From NCBI RefSeq assembly GCF_030384885.1, contig NZ_CP128613.1: a DNA stretch of 64,000 bases; one strand, written 5' to 3'. Under the pieces are notes generated by a model. It was given only the letters and a program-made list of their open reading frames with translations, made no database searches and was not told the DNA's origin. Within the stretch, counting starts at the first letter, position 1. Each line of letters starts with the position of its first letter. Origin of the DNA: Escherichia coli (GTDB taxonomy: Bacteria > Pseudomonadota > Gammaproteobacteria > Enterobacterales > Enterobacteriaceae). The position numbers and the translations under genes are program-made. Of this stretch, positions 54,123 through 64,000 are shown one piece after another.

Positions 54123-55439
54123 ATGGAGACGACCATGCACGCGCGTTCAGCGAGAGAGATTAATCAATGCTACCGGACATTACGTCCGCGATTGCTGATG
54201 TGCATGATTATTGGCTACGCCGCATTTTATCTGACGCGAAAAAGCGTGAATTACGTCCTTCCGGCGCTGCAAACCGACCTCGGACTGGATAAAGGCGACA
54301 TTGGCCTGCTGGGTTCGCTGTTTTATCTCAGCTACGGATTGTCGAAATTTACCGCCGGACTGTGGCATGACAGCCACGGACAACGCGGTTTTATGGGCAT
54401 CGGCTTGTTCGCCACTGGGCTATTGAACGTGGTGTTTGCCTTTGGCGAATCACTTACGCTTCTGCTTGTGGTCTGGACACTGAACGGATTTTTTCAAGGC
54501 TGGGGGTGGCCACCGTGTGCCCGCTTACTGACCCATTGGTACTCCCGTAATGAACGTGGTTTCTGGTGGGGCTGCTGGAATATGTCGATCAACATTGGCG
54601 GAGCGATTATTCCGCTGATTAGCGCCTTTGCCGCCCACTGGTGGGGCTGGCAGGCCGCGATGCTGACACCGGGGATTATCAGCATGGCATTAGGGATCTG
54701 GTTAACGCTACAGCTTAAAGGCACACCCCAGGAAGAGGGATTACCGACGGTGGGTCAGTGGCGTCACGATCCGCTGGAATTACGTCAGGAACAACAAAGT
54801 CCGCCGATGGGTCTGTGGCAAATGTTGCGCACCACAATGCTGCAAAATCCGATGATCTGGCTGCTGGGTGTCTCTTATGTACTGGTTTATGTGATCCGGA
54901 TTGCGTTAAACGACTGGGGCAATATCTGGCTGACGGAAAGCCACGGCGTCAACCTACTCAGCGCCAACGCCACGGTAATGCTGTTTGAAGTGGGCGGCTT
55001 ACTCGGCGCGTTATTTGCCGGATGGGGTTCGGATTTGCTGTTTAGCGGGCAGCGAGCCCCCATGATTTTGCTGTTTACCCTTGGGTTGATGGTTTCGGTC
55101 GCTGCACTCTGGTTGGCACCGGTTCATCACTATGCCCTTCTGGCTGTGTGCTTTTTTACTGTGGGCTTTTTTGTCTTTGGCCCGCAAATGCTGATTGGAC
55201 TTGCGGCAGTGGAATGTGGACACAAAGCTGCGGCGGGTTCAATCACCGGATTTCTCGGTCTGTTCGCCTATCTCGGTGCGGCGCTGGCAGGCTGGCCGTT
55301 GTCGCTGGTTATCGAACGCTACGGCTGGTCGGGAATGTTCAGTTTACTCTCGGTCGCCGCAGTACTTATGGGTTTACTGCTGATGCCGTTACTGATGGCG
55401 GGCATCACCACCACTCACGCTCGAAGGATAAAACAATGA
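54123..55439 (+). CDS. MFS organophosphate:phosphate antiporter-family protein, UhpC-like
   Basis: 438-aa 12-TM-like ORF; follows the UhpA/UhpB-like pair in uhpABC order. Confidence 0.8.
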   Translation: METTMHARSAREINQCYRTLRPRLLMCMIIGYAAFYLTRKSVNYVLPALQTDLGLDKGDIGLLGSLFYLSYGLSKFTAGLWHDSHGQRGFMGIGLFATGLLNVVFAFGESLTLLLVVWTLNGFFQGWGWPPCARLLTHWYSRNERGFWWGCWNMSINIGGAIIPLISAFAAHWWGWQAAMLTPGIISMALGIWLTLQLKGTPQEEGLPTVGQWRHDPLELRQEQQSPPMGLWQMLRTTMLQNPMIWLLGVSYVLVYVIRIALNDWGNIWLTESHGVNLLSANATVMLFEVGGLLGALFAGWGSDLLFSGQRAPMILLFTLGLMVSVAALWLAPVHHYALLAVCFFTVGFFVFGPQMLIGLAAVECGHKAAAGSITGFLGLFAYLGAALAGWPLSLVIERYGWSGMFSLLSVAAVLMGLLLMPLLMAGITTTHARRIKQ

Positions 55440-56467
55440 AAATGCCCCTTACCTCTACTCTGATTGCTTCTGCCGTTGCGCTGGCAACCTTAACGGGTGC
55501 CGCACAAGCGAAAGGTCGACTGGTGGTCTATTGCAGCGCCACTAATGAAATGTGTGAGACCGAAACCAAAGCGTTTGGCGAGAAATATGATGTGAAAACC
55601 TCGTTTATCCGCAACGGCTCCGGTAGCACCCTGGCAAAAGTCGATGCTGAAAAGAAAAACCCACAGGCTGACGTCTGGTACGGCGGCACCTTAGACCCGC
55701 AGTCGCAGGCCGGCGAGATGGGCCTGTTACAGGCATATAAATCGCCTAACCTTGAACAGATCATGGAAAAATTCCGCGATCCGGCAAAAGTGAAAGGAAA
55801 CCTTTCCTCCGCCGTTTATGTGGGGATCCTCGGGTTTGGCGTCAACACAGAGCGTCTGAAAGAGAAAAACCTGCCTGTGCCGAAGTGCTGGAAAGATCTC
55901 ACCAAACCTGAATATAAAGGCGAAATTCAGATTGCCGATCCACAAAGTTCCGGTACCGCCTACACCGCGCTGGCTACCTTTGCGCAGCTGTGGGGGGAAG
56001 ATCAGGCCTTTGATTATCTAAAACAACTGAACGCCAACGTCTCCCAGTACACCAAATCAGGCATAGCCCCGGCACGTAACGCCGCCCGTGGCGAAACGGC
56101 GATTGGTATTGGCTTCCTGCATGACTACTCGCTGGAAAAAGAACAGGGCGCGCCGCTGGAGTTGATTTCCCCGTGTGAAGGTACGGGCTACGAAATTGGC
56201 GGCGTCAGCATTCTGAAAGGCGCGCGCAACCTCGACAACGCCAAACTGTTTGTGGACTGGGTATTATCAAAAGAAGCTCAGGAACTGGCGTGGAAGAAAG
56301 GGAAGTCTTATCAGATCCTGACCAATACCACCGCCGAAACGTCGCCAAATTCGCTGAAGCTCGACGACCTGAAATTAATCAACTACGACATGGATAAATA
56401 CGGTTCAACTGATGTTCGTAAGGCATTAATTAATAAATGGGTCAGCGAAGTGAAGATGGGTAAATAA
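55436..56467 (+). CDS. afuA: ABC transporter periplasmic substrate-binding protein (AfuA/FbpA family)
   Basis: 343 aa from ATG 55436 (ATGA overlap with upstream stop); signal MKMPLTSTLIASAVALATLTGAAQA; the track ORF 55148.. is an upstream over-extension. Confidence 0.85.
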   Translation: MKMPLTSTLIASAVALATLTGAAQAKGRLVVYCSATNEMCETETKAFGEKYDVKTSFIRNGSGSTLAKVDAEKKNPQADVWYGGTLDPQSQAGEMGLLQAYKSPNLEQIMEKFRDPAKVKGNLSSAVYVGILGFGVNTERLKEKNLPVPKCWKDLTKPEYKGEIQIADPQSSGTAYTALATFAQLWGEDQAFDYLKQLNANVSQYTKSGIAPARNAARGETAIGIGFLHDYSLEKEQGAPLELISPCEGTGYEIGGVSILKGARNLDNAKLFVDWVLSKEAQELAWKKGKSYQILTNTTAETSPNSLKLDDLKLINYDMDKYGSTDVRKALINKWVSEVKMGK

Positions 56468-56535
56468 ACCCGCATTGCGTGCACTTGCCGGGTGCAGCAC
56501 AGACGCCTGCCCCGGCCAACCATACCGGAACTGCT

Positions 56536-58614
56536 ATGTCACAGACACTTGCACTCCATCCCGCGAAAAAGCGGGATGCGATTTTCCTTTGGGTTTTGCT
56601 GGGCTGGCTGGCATTTATCCTGTTGCCGAGCTGGAGTCTCGATTATGGTCTGCTGGAGTCCACGAGTGATGAGATCCTCGAGGCGTACAGCTGGTCGCAT
56701 TTTAATATCAGCTGGCTGTGGTATTTACTCCCGAGTTTGCTGCTGGTTCGCCCGTTTAATGAGGCCAAACGCGAGCAGCGTAGCCGTCATTATTTTGATG
56801 CAGGCTGGGCATTGCTTTGTATAGCGTTTATGGTCATCAGTGCCACCATCGTTGGCCGCGGTCTAGGCTACGCCGCCATCGTGCTGTTTATCGAATTAAG
56901 CGCGATAATGACGCTGGCCTTAACCCGCCTCGAATGGCTGGGTGGCGACCGCTTTGTGATCGGCTCGCTGATTGCGATTGTGGCGCTGATTGGCATTTTT
57001 ATCGTCTGGCCGAGCATCGCCATTTTTATCCCGATGTTCACCAACGACGCGGGAGGGTTCGCCCCACTGGCGTTTATGAATGTGCTCTCGCAGGCACATA
57101 TTGTTCAGGTGATCGTCAACTCCATCGTCTTATCGATAGCGGTGGGTATTGGCTGTACTTTCTTCGGTCTGGTGCTGGCGATATATACCACGCGCATCGC
57201 TAAACGCAGCGCAGTAATCGGCCGCATCTTTTCCATTCTGCCAATTGTCACGCCACCGTTTGTGGTCGGCTTAGGCGTTACGCTCATGATGGGGCGCTCC
57301 GGCTACATAACGGAATTTATGGTGGAGTGGTTTGGGCTGACCAACACCAACTGGCTGTATGGTTTTACCGGGATCTGGCTGGCACAGGTCCTGGCATTTA
57401 CGCCAATGGCTTTTATGATCCTCGATGGGGCCATTAAAACCATTCATCCCTCGCTGGAAGAAGCCTCCTACACCCTGCGCGCCAGCCGCTGGCAAACCTT
57501 TAACGGTGTGTTTGTGCCGTTGTTAAAGCCCGCGCTTGCCAATGCCTTTTTAATCGTCGTGGTACAGTCACTGGCTGACTTCAGTAACCCGCTGGTGCTT
57601 GGCGGCAACTTCGACGTACTGGCGACGCAAATTTACTTCTACATTACCGGCTCGCAGCTGGATTATCAGGCCGCCAGCACCCTTGGCGCTTTCCTGCTGC
57701 TGTTCTCGCTACTGGTGTTCTGCGTCCAGTATATGTGGATTGGTAAACGCTCTTACGTCACGGTTTCCGGAAAGTCCTACCGCGGCGATGTCCAGCCACT
57801 ACCGGTCACCCTGGTGTGGAGCGTGGTCGCCATACTTGCGATATGGATTGCCTTTAACGCCCTGCTCTATGGCAGCATTTTCTACGGCAGCTTCACCGTG
57901 AACTGGGGCGTAGACTACACCCTAACGCTGGATAACTTTATCAAGTTATTTGGTCAGGGGATGAGCGACGGCGCATGGCCTTCACTGTTAGATACCTTGC
58001 TCTACGCCGGGATTGCCGCACCCATTACCGCTATTTTTGGCCTGCTCATCGCCTGGGTGGTGGTGCGCCAACAATTCAAAGGCAAAAAGACCATCGAGTT
58101 CACCACCATGTTGTGCTTTGCCGTACCGGGTACAGTGGCGGGTGTCTCGTATATTCTTGCCTTTAATAGCGCCCCAGTCTATCTCACCGGAACGGCAGCA
58201 ATTGTGATTATCTCGATGGTGATGCGCAACGTTCCGGTGGGTATTCGCGCCGGGATTGCAGGTCTGGGGCAGATCGACAAATCGCTGGATGAAGCCTCAC
58301 TTAGCCTGCGTGCGGGTTCCCTGCGAACCATTACGCACATTTTACTGCCGTTGTTACGCCCAGCTATTCTCTCGGCCCTGATTTACAGCTTTGTGCGGGC
58401 TATCACGACGGTCAGCGCCATCGTCTTTCTCGTCACGCCGGACACACGCGTGGCAACCGCCTACATCCTTAACCGCGTAGAAGACGGCGAATATGGCGTA
58501 GCCATCGCCTACGGTTCGATTCTGATCGTGGTGATGCTGGCGATTATTTTCCTCTTTGACTGGCTGATCGGTGAAGCACGTATTTCCCGTTCTAAAGCCA
58601 AAAACCAGGCGTAA
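56536..58614 (+). CDS. afuB: ABC transporter fused permease (AfuB/FbpB family)
   Basis: 692 aa from ATG 56536 (track's GTG at 56479 is possible); two tandem permease domains. Confidence 0.85.
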   Translation: MSQTLALHPAKKRDAIFLWVLLGWLAFILLPSWSLDYGLLESTSDEILEAYSWSHFNISWLWYLLPSLLLVRPFNEAKREQRSRHYFDAGWALLCIAFMVISATIVGRGLGYAAIVLFIELSAIMTLALTRLEWLGGDRFVIGSLIAIVALIGIFIVWPSIAIFIPMFTNDAGGFAPLAFMNVLSQAHIVQVIVNSIVLSIAVGIGCTFFGLVLAIYTTRIAKRSAVIGRIFSILPIVTPPFVVGLGVTLMMGRSGYITEFMVEWFGLTNTNWLYGFTGIWLAQVLAFTPMAFMILDGAIKTIHPSLEEASYTLRASRWQTFNGVFVPLLKPALANAFLIVVVQSLADFSNPLVLGGNFDVLATQIYFYITGSQLDYQAASTLGAFLLLFSLLVFCVQYMWIGKRSYVTVSGKSYRGDVQPLPVTLVWSVVAILAIWIAFNALLYGSIFYGSFTVNWGVDYTLTLDNFIKLFGQGMSDGAWPSLLDTLLYAGIAAPITAIFGLLIAWVVVRQQFKGKKTIEFTTMLCFAVPGTVAGVSYILAFNSAPVYLTGTAAIVIISMVMRNVPVGIRAGIAGLGQIDKSLDEASLSLRAGSLRTITHILLPLLRPAILSALIYSFVRAITTVSAIVFLVTPDTRVATAYILNRVEDGEYGVAIAYGSILIVVMLAIIFLFDWLIGEARISRSKAKNQA

Positions 58615-58625
58615 TGGAGCGCACT

Positions 58626-59672
58626 ATGAGTCAGAAAAATTTTGTGGAACTGCGCAACGTCACTAAACGATTCGGCAGTAATACGGTTATCGACAATATC
58701 AATCTCACCATCCCACAAGGGCAAATGGTGACGCTGCTCGGTCCTTCCGGATGCGGCAAAACCACCATTCTGCGTCTGGTTGCCGGGCTGGAAAAACCGA
58801 GCGAAGGGCAAATTTTTATAGATGGCGAAGATGTCACGCATCGTTCCATTCAGCAACGCGATATCTGCATGGTGTTTCAGTCATACGCTCTGTTCCCACA
58901 TATGTCGCTGGGCGAAAACGTTGGCTATGGGTTGAAAATGCTTGGCGTGTCGCGTAGTGAAGTGAAGCAGCGGGTGAAAGATGCGCTAGCAATGGTGGAT
59001 CTGGAAGGATTCGAAGACCGCTATGTCGACCAGATTTCCGGTGGTCAGCAACAGCGTGTGGCTCTGGCCCGTGCGTTGATCCTTAAGCCTAAAGTGCTGC
59101 TGTTTGATGAGCCGTTAAGTAACCTCGATGCCAACCTGCGTCGCAGCATGCGCGATAAAATCCGCGAGCTGCAAAAGCAATTTAACATCACTTCGCTCTA
59201 TGTGACTCACGATCAAAGTGAAGCTTTCGCGGTGTCCGACACCGTGTTGGTGATGAATAAAGGTCACATCATGCAAATTGGCTCGCCGCAGGATCTCTAT
59301 CGTCAGCCCGCCTCCCGCTTTATGGCAAGTTTTATGGGCGACGCCAACCTGTTCCCGGCGAACTTTAGCGAAGAGTATGTCGATATCTACGGTTATCGCC
59401 TGCCGCGCGCGGCGCATTTCCCGGCGCAAGGTAGCGGCACCGTCGGCGTTCGCCCGGAAGCCATCACCTTAAGCAATCACGGCGAAGAGAGTCAGCGTTG
59501 TGTTATTCGCCATGTCGCCTACATGGGGCCGCAGTACGAAGTGACCGTAGAATGGCATGGTCAGGAGATTTTATTGCAAGTCAACGCCACCCGTTTACAG
59601 CCCGATATTGGTGAACACTATTACCTCGAAATCCATCCTTACGGGATGTTTGTTTTAGCGGATGCGGCATAA
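58626..59672 (+). CDS. afuC: ABC transporter ATP-binding protein (AfuC/FbpC family)
   Basis: 348 aa from ATG 58626, [16 protein letters not shown]...; Walker [10 protein letters not shown], signature [15 protein letters not shown]. Confidence 0.9.
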   Translation: MSQKNFVELRNVTKRFGSNTVIDNINLTIPQGQMVTLLGPSGCGKTTILRLVAGLEKPSEGQIFIDGEDVTHRSIQQRDICMVFQSYALFPHMSLGENVGYGLKMLGVSRSEVKQRVKDALAMVDLEGFEDRYVDQISGGQQQRVALARALILKPKVLLFDEPLSNLDANLRRSMRDKIRELQKQFNITSLYVTHDQSEAFAVSDTVLVMNKGHIMQIGSPQDLYRQPASRFMASFMGDANLFPANFSEEYVDIYGYRLPRAAHFPAQGSGTVGVRPEAITLSNHGEESQRCVIRHVAYMGPQYEVTVEWHGQEILLQVNATRLQPDIGEHYYLEIHPYGMFVLADAA

Positions 59673-59754
59673 AAATAGCACATAAACGGTCCCAACCTGT
59701 CTTGAGAGACCGTTCACCTGTTTAGACGTCGGACAACAATTATTCTCCGGTGTT

Positions 59755-59807
59755 ATATACTATAGGGGGGTATGCATTGACATATGGCATACCCCCCTAT
59801 AGTATAT
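59755..59807 (+). promoter_or_regulatory. frmRAB promoter embedded in a perfect 21-11-21 inverted repeat (candidate FrmR operator)
   Basis: ATATACTATAGGGGGGTATGC - attgacatatg - GCATACCCCCCTATAGTATAT; TTGACA at 59777-59782 in the spacer, TAGTAT 17 bp downstream in the right arm, frmR ATG at 59832. Confidence 0.8.
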
Positions 59808-59831
59808 TGCGTGCAGATGATGAGGTGCGAA

Positions 59832-60107
59832 ATGCCCAGTACTCCGGAAGAGAAGAAAAAGGTCCTTACTCGAGTTCGTCGTATTCGGGGGCAAATTGAT
59901 GCTCTGGAACGGTCGCTGGAGGGTGATGCCGAATGCCGTGCCATACTCCAACAGATCGCTGCCGTTCGGGGCGCGGCTAACGGGCTGATGGCAGAAGTGC
60001 TTGAAAGCCATATCCGGGAAACGTTTGACCGAAATGACTGCTACAGCCGCGAAGTCAGCCAATCCGTTGACGACACTATTGAACTGGTTCGTGCCTATCT
60101 TAAATAG
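59832..60107 (+). CDS. frmR: Formaldehyde-responsive repressor FrmR (RcnR/CsoR family)
   Basis: 91 aa from ATG 59832, [35 protein letters not shown]... Confidence 0.93.
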
Positions 60108-60111
60108 CTGA

Positions 60112-61251
<1,140 letters not shown>

Positions 61252-61343
61252 TTTCCCGCTGATTTCGCCCCGTCCAGTTCAGACGGGGTTCTCAATACCG
61301 TCCCCGGGCAGCCGTCCGGGGATTAACCATGAGATAATGACTG

Positions 61344-62177
61344 ATGGAACTCATTGAAAAACATGCCAGCTTTGGCGGCTGGCAAAATGTGTATCGGCAT
61401 TATTCCCAATCACTGAAATGTGAAATGAATGTCGGCGTCTATCTCCCACCAAAAGCCGGGAATGAAAAATTGCCGGTACTGTACTGGCTTTCGGGCCTGA
61501 CCTGTAACGAGCAGAATTTCATTACTAAATCGGGGATGCAACGTTACGCGGCTGAGCACAACATTATTGTTGTTGCGCCAGACACCAGTCCGCGAGGCAG
61601 TCATGTCGCAGATGCCGACCGTTACGATCTCGGGCAAGGTGCCGGGTTTTACCTGAACGCAACGCAAGCGCCGTGGAATGAACATTACAAAATGTATGAT
61701 TATATCCACAACGAGTTGCCGGATTTAGTGATGCAACATTTTCCGGCAACGACCAGAAAGTCTATCTCAGGTCATTCTATGGGCGGGCTGGGCGCGCTGG
61801 TGCTGGCGTTACGTAACCCAGATGAATATGTCAGCGTCTCGGCGTTTTCGCCCATTGTCTCCCCATCGCAAGTACCGTGGGGACAGCAAGCCTTTGCCGC
61901 ATATCTTGGTGAAAATAAAGATGCCTGGTTGGATTACGATCCGGTTAGCCTTATTTCACAAGGTCAACGCGTTGCGGAAATCATGGTTGATCAAGGATTG
62001 AGTGATGATTTTTACGCAGAACAGCTGCGGACTCCAAATCTTGAAAAGATCTGCCAGGAGATGAATATCAAAACGTTAATCCGTTATCACGAGGGTTATG
62101 ATCACAGCTATTATTTTGTCTCCAGTTTTATTGGCGAGCATATTGCCTACCACGCCAATAAACTGAATATGCGTTGA
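61344..62177 (+). CDS. frmB: S-formylglutathione hydrolase
   Basis: 277-aa ORF with esterase motif GHSMGG. Confidence 0.94.
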   Translation: MELIEKHASFGGWQNVYRHYSQSLKCEMNVGVYLPPKAGNEKLPVLYWLSGLTCNEQNFITKSGMQRYAAEHNIIVVAPDTSPRGSHVADADRYDLGQGAGFYLNATQAPWNEHYKMYDYIHNELPDLVMQHFPATTRKSISGHSMGGLGALVLALRNPDEYVSVSAFSPIVSPSQVPWGQQAFAAYLGENKDAWLDYDPVSLISQGQRVAEIMVDQGLSDDFYAEQLRTPNLEKICQEMNIKTLIRYHEGYDHSYYFVSSFIGEHIAYHANKLNMR

Positions 62178-62187
62178 GCATCCGCGC

Positions 62188-62392
62188 ACGCCAGCCGGAT
62201 GCGGCGTGAACGCCTTATCCGCCTACATTTCGCCCATAAACCGTAGGCATGATAAGACGCGCATAGCGTCGCATCAGGCATCTGCGCACAACTGCCGGAT
62301 GCGGCGTGAACGCCTTATCCGGCCTACATTTCGCCCATGAGCCGTAGGCATGATAAGACGCGCAAAGCATCGCATCAGGCATCTGTGCACGG
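62188..62392. repeat. Tandem BIME cluster (two ~100-bp units of paired REP elements)
   Basis: Unit starting 62194 (gccggatgcggcgtgaacgccttatccgcctac...gtaggcatgataagacgcgcatagcgtcgcatcaggc) is repeated from 62294 with a few substitutions. Confidence 0.85.
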
Positions 62393-62403
62393 CTTATCGA
62401 TGA

Positions 62404-62943
62404 TTACCACATCAAATCATCAGGCACTTTAAAGTCGGCATACGGATCGTCTTCATCCTGCTCTTCGGCGCTGAGCGCGCTGTGCAACACAATACTGCTG
62501 GCGTCACGCTGAGCAATTTTATCGGCAACGCTGGCGGGAATAATGGCGTATTCACCTTCGCTATTGTTATCGATCTGCAAACGTGCAATCGCCAGACGAC
62601 CATTAATCAACTGCGTTTGCGTGAGCTTATCGACAAAAATCTTCTTAATCAGATTGCCATCGGTAAAGTTAAAACCGATATCGCCATTGGCAATGGTGAT
62701 CCGGTTCATTTCAATAAGCTGCTTCACCTGAGCTTTATATTCTTTCGCCAGTGCCGCTTGTTTTTGCTGCTCGCTAAGCTGTTTATCACGCTCAAGCTGT
62801 GCCTTTTTATTTTCTTCTACCGCCGCCCGAGCCTCACGCGCCTGAACGCGCGATTTTTTCGCCGTTCTCTCGACCTTCGCCGCTTTTTTGCTGGTGACTA
62901 ATCCTGCTTTGAGCAACTGCTCTTGTAAGGTAAGTTTTGCCAT
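62404..62943 (-). CDS. yaiL: Uncharacterised protein YaiL
   Basis: 179 aa from ATG 62941-62943, MAKLTLQEQLLKAGLVTSKKAAKVERTAKK...; Lys/Glu-rich N-terminal half. Confidence 0.85.
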   Translation of the reverse strand: MAKLTLQEQLLKAGLVTSKKAAKVERTAKKSRVQAREARAAVEENKKAQLERDKQLSEQQKQAALAKEYKAQVKQLIEMNRITIANGDIGFNFTDGNLIKKIFVDKLTQTQLINGRLAIARLQIDNNSEGEYAIIPASVADKIAQRDASSIVLHSALSAEEQDEDDPYADFKVPDDLMW

Positions 62944-63044
62944 CTTTGTTTCCAAACCCGCTGAATAATTTTTAGCGAGTATACCTGTAAACGCCGTAGG
63001 TGTATTGGGGGCAAGTCCCTTTCGCCCCTACCTAATAAGGCGCG

Positions 63045-64000
63045 TCAGGCATCGGCGCACGGCTGCATTCGTGATCTCCGGCTCATCAAAATAAACACTG
63101 CCAGGCCAGCAACAAAAATACCCGGCGCTGAAGCGGCCATTACGCCAACCGTGCCAGTACCTAATGCCAGCATTTTCCCGGCCAGTAACGGACCGCTCAT
63201 AGCCCCCAGACGCCCTACCGCCACGGCGGTTCCCACGCCGGTTGCGCGGATCTGCGAACTGTAAAACAACGGAGCCAATGCATACAAAACGCTTTGCCCA
63301 CCTGTTGCAAACAACCCTGCGACGAATCCCGCCAGCAACATACCGTTAAATGATGACACTGTTCCCAGCGCTAACAGCGAAGCTAACATACCGCTATAAA
63401 TCAGTAGCGACATGATCATTGGACGCAGTTTATCCATCAGTGCGCCCAATATTAACGTCCCGCTTGCCGCCCCCATTTGTAGTGCAAACATCACCCCTGC
63501 CGCCTGCGATGGCTGGAATCCTTGTTCCACTAAAAGCAGCGGTAGCCAGTTGATCAACATGTAGACCACCAGCAAAGTGAAGAAATAACACAACCACAGC
63601 AGCAGCGTTGCGGTTGCCGTGTCGGGCGCAAATAACGCACGCAGCGGCGGCGCAGCCTGTTTTTCGCCAGCGAACACCGCCGACTCCGGCAGCCAGCGCA
63701 TTAACAGTGGCACCAGAATCAACGGCACCACACCACCTACCCAAAACACCGTTTGCCAGGCTAAGTTTGCCCCTGCAAAACCCAGTGTCGCCGCCAGCGC
63801 CGCGCCAATGGGAACCCCGCAATACATCAGGCTCACCGCCGTTCCACGAAAACGTGGCCCCGCCGCTTCAGACGTCAGGGCGATAAGATTCGGCAACGCC
63901 GCCCCCAGCCCGACACCGGTCATCAGCCGCGCAAAGACCAGTGAGGGGAAATCCCAGGCAATAGCCGTTGCCAGCGAGAACAAACCAAACAGCGCAACTG
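63045..64000 (-). CDS. mhpT: MFS transporter, C-terminal part (likely 3-hydroxyphenylpropionate transporter; start lies beyond the window end)
   Basis: Open minus-strand frame runs from the stop at 63045 to the window edge; polytopic membrane sequence; position next to yaiL matches mhpT. Confidence 0.75.
   Translation of the reverse strand, partial: VALFGLFSLATAIAWDFPSLVFARLMTGVGLGAALPNLIALTSEAAGPRFRGTAVSLMYCGVPIGAALAATLGFAGANLAWQTVFWVGGVVPLILVPLLMRWLPESAVFAGEKQAAPPLRALFAPDTATATLLLWLCYFFTLLVVYMLINWLPLLLVEQGFQPSQAAGVMFALQMGAASGTLILGALMDKLRPMIMSLLIYSGMLASLLALGTVSSFNGMLLAGFVAGLFATGGQSVLYALAPLFYSSQIRATGVGTAVAVGRLGAMSGPLLAGKMLALGTGTVGVMAASAPGIFVAGLAVFILMSRRSRMQPCADA

Noticed and set aside
55148-56467. 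439-aa track ORF overlapping the end of the UhpC-like gene
   Set aside because: It is an upstream over-extension of afuA; the real start is the ATG at 55436, which gives a clean signal peptide and an ATGA junction with the upstream gene.
62188-62392. Possible CRISPR-like array
   Set aside because: Only two repeat units, each matching the REP/BIME consensus, with no unique spacers, no leader and no cas genes in the window.

Overview
This window is a contiguous stretch of Escherichia coli-type chromosome, read in reverse relative to K-12 numbering, running thiL' - nusB - ribE - ribD - nrdR - yajI - tsx - yajD - secFD - yajC - tgt - queA - acpH - malZ - proY - brnQ - phoRB - sbcDC - araJ - mak - rdgC - [2-gene islet] - ppnP - aroM - yaiA - aroL - yaiI - proC - dgcC - psiF - phoA - iraP - ddlA - yaiZ - yaiY - yaiW - sbmA - ampH - yaiV - yaiT - hemB - tauDCBA - [UhpABC-like + afuABC] - frmRAB - yaiL - mhpT'. 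Gene calls rest on the supplied six-frame ORFs, with start codons re-read from the DNA and N-termini recognised from memory; no database search was run. Most of the window is densely packed core housekeeping genes on both strands. I found no rRNA, tRNA, CRISPR array, transposase, integrase or prophage genes. The best candidate for an undescribed system is a low-GC two-gene cassette between rdgC and ppnP (26762..29493): an exported ~759-aa repeat protein translationally coupled to a 151-aa cytoplasmic protein, neither of which I can assign to a family. Two other places differ from the K-12 gene order as I remember it: yaiT is an intact 982-aa autotransporter, and a UhpABC-like sensor module plus afuABC ABC importer sits between tauA and frmR. 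Other notable sequence features are a perfect 21-11-21 inverted repeat carrying the frmR promoter, a perfect 11-4-11 palindrome over the yaiV start codon, Pho boxes upstream of phoB and phoA, and several REP/BIME elements.
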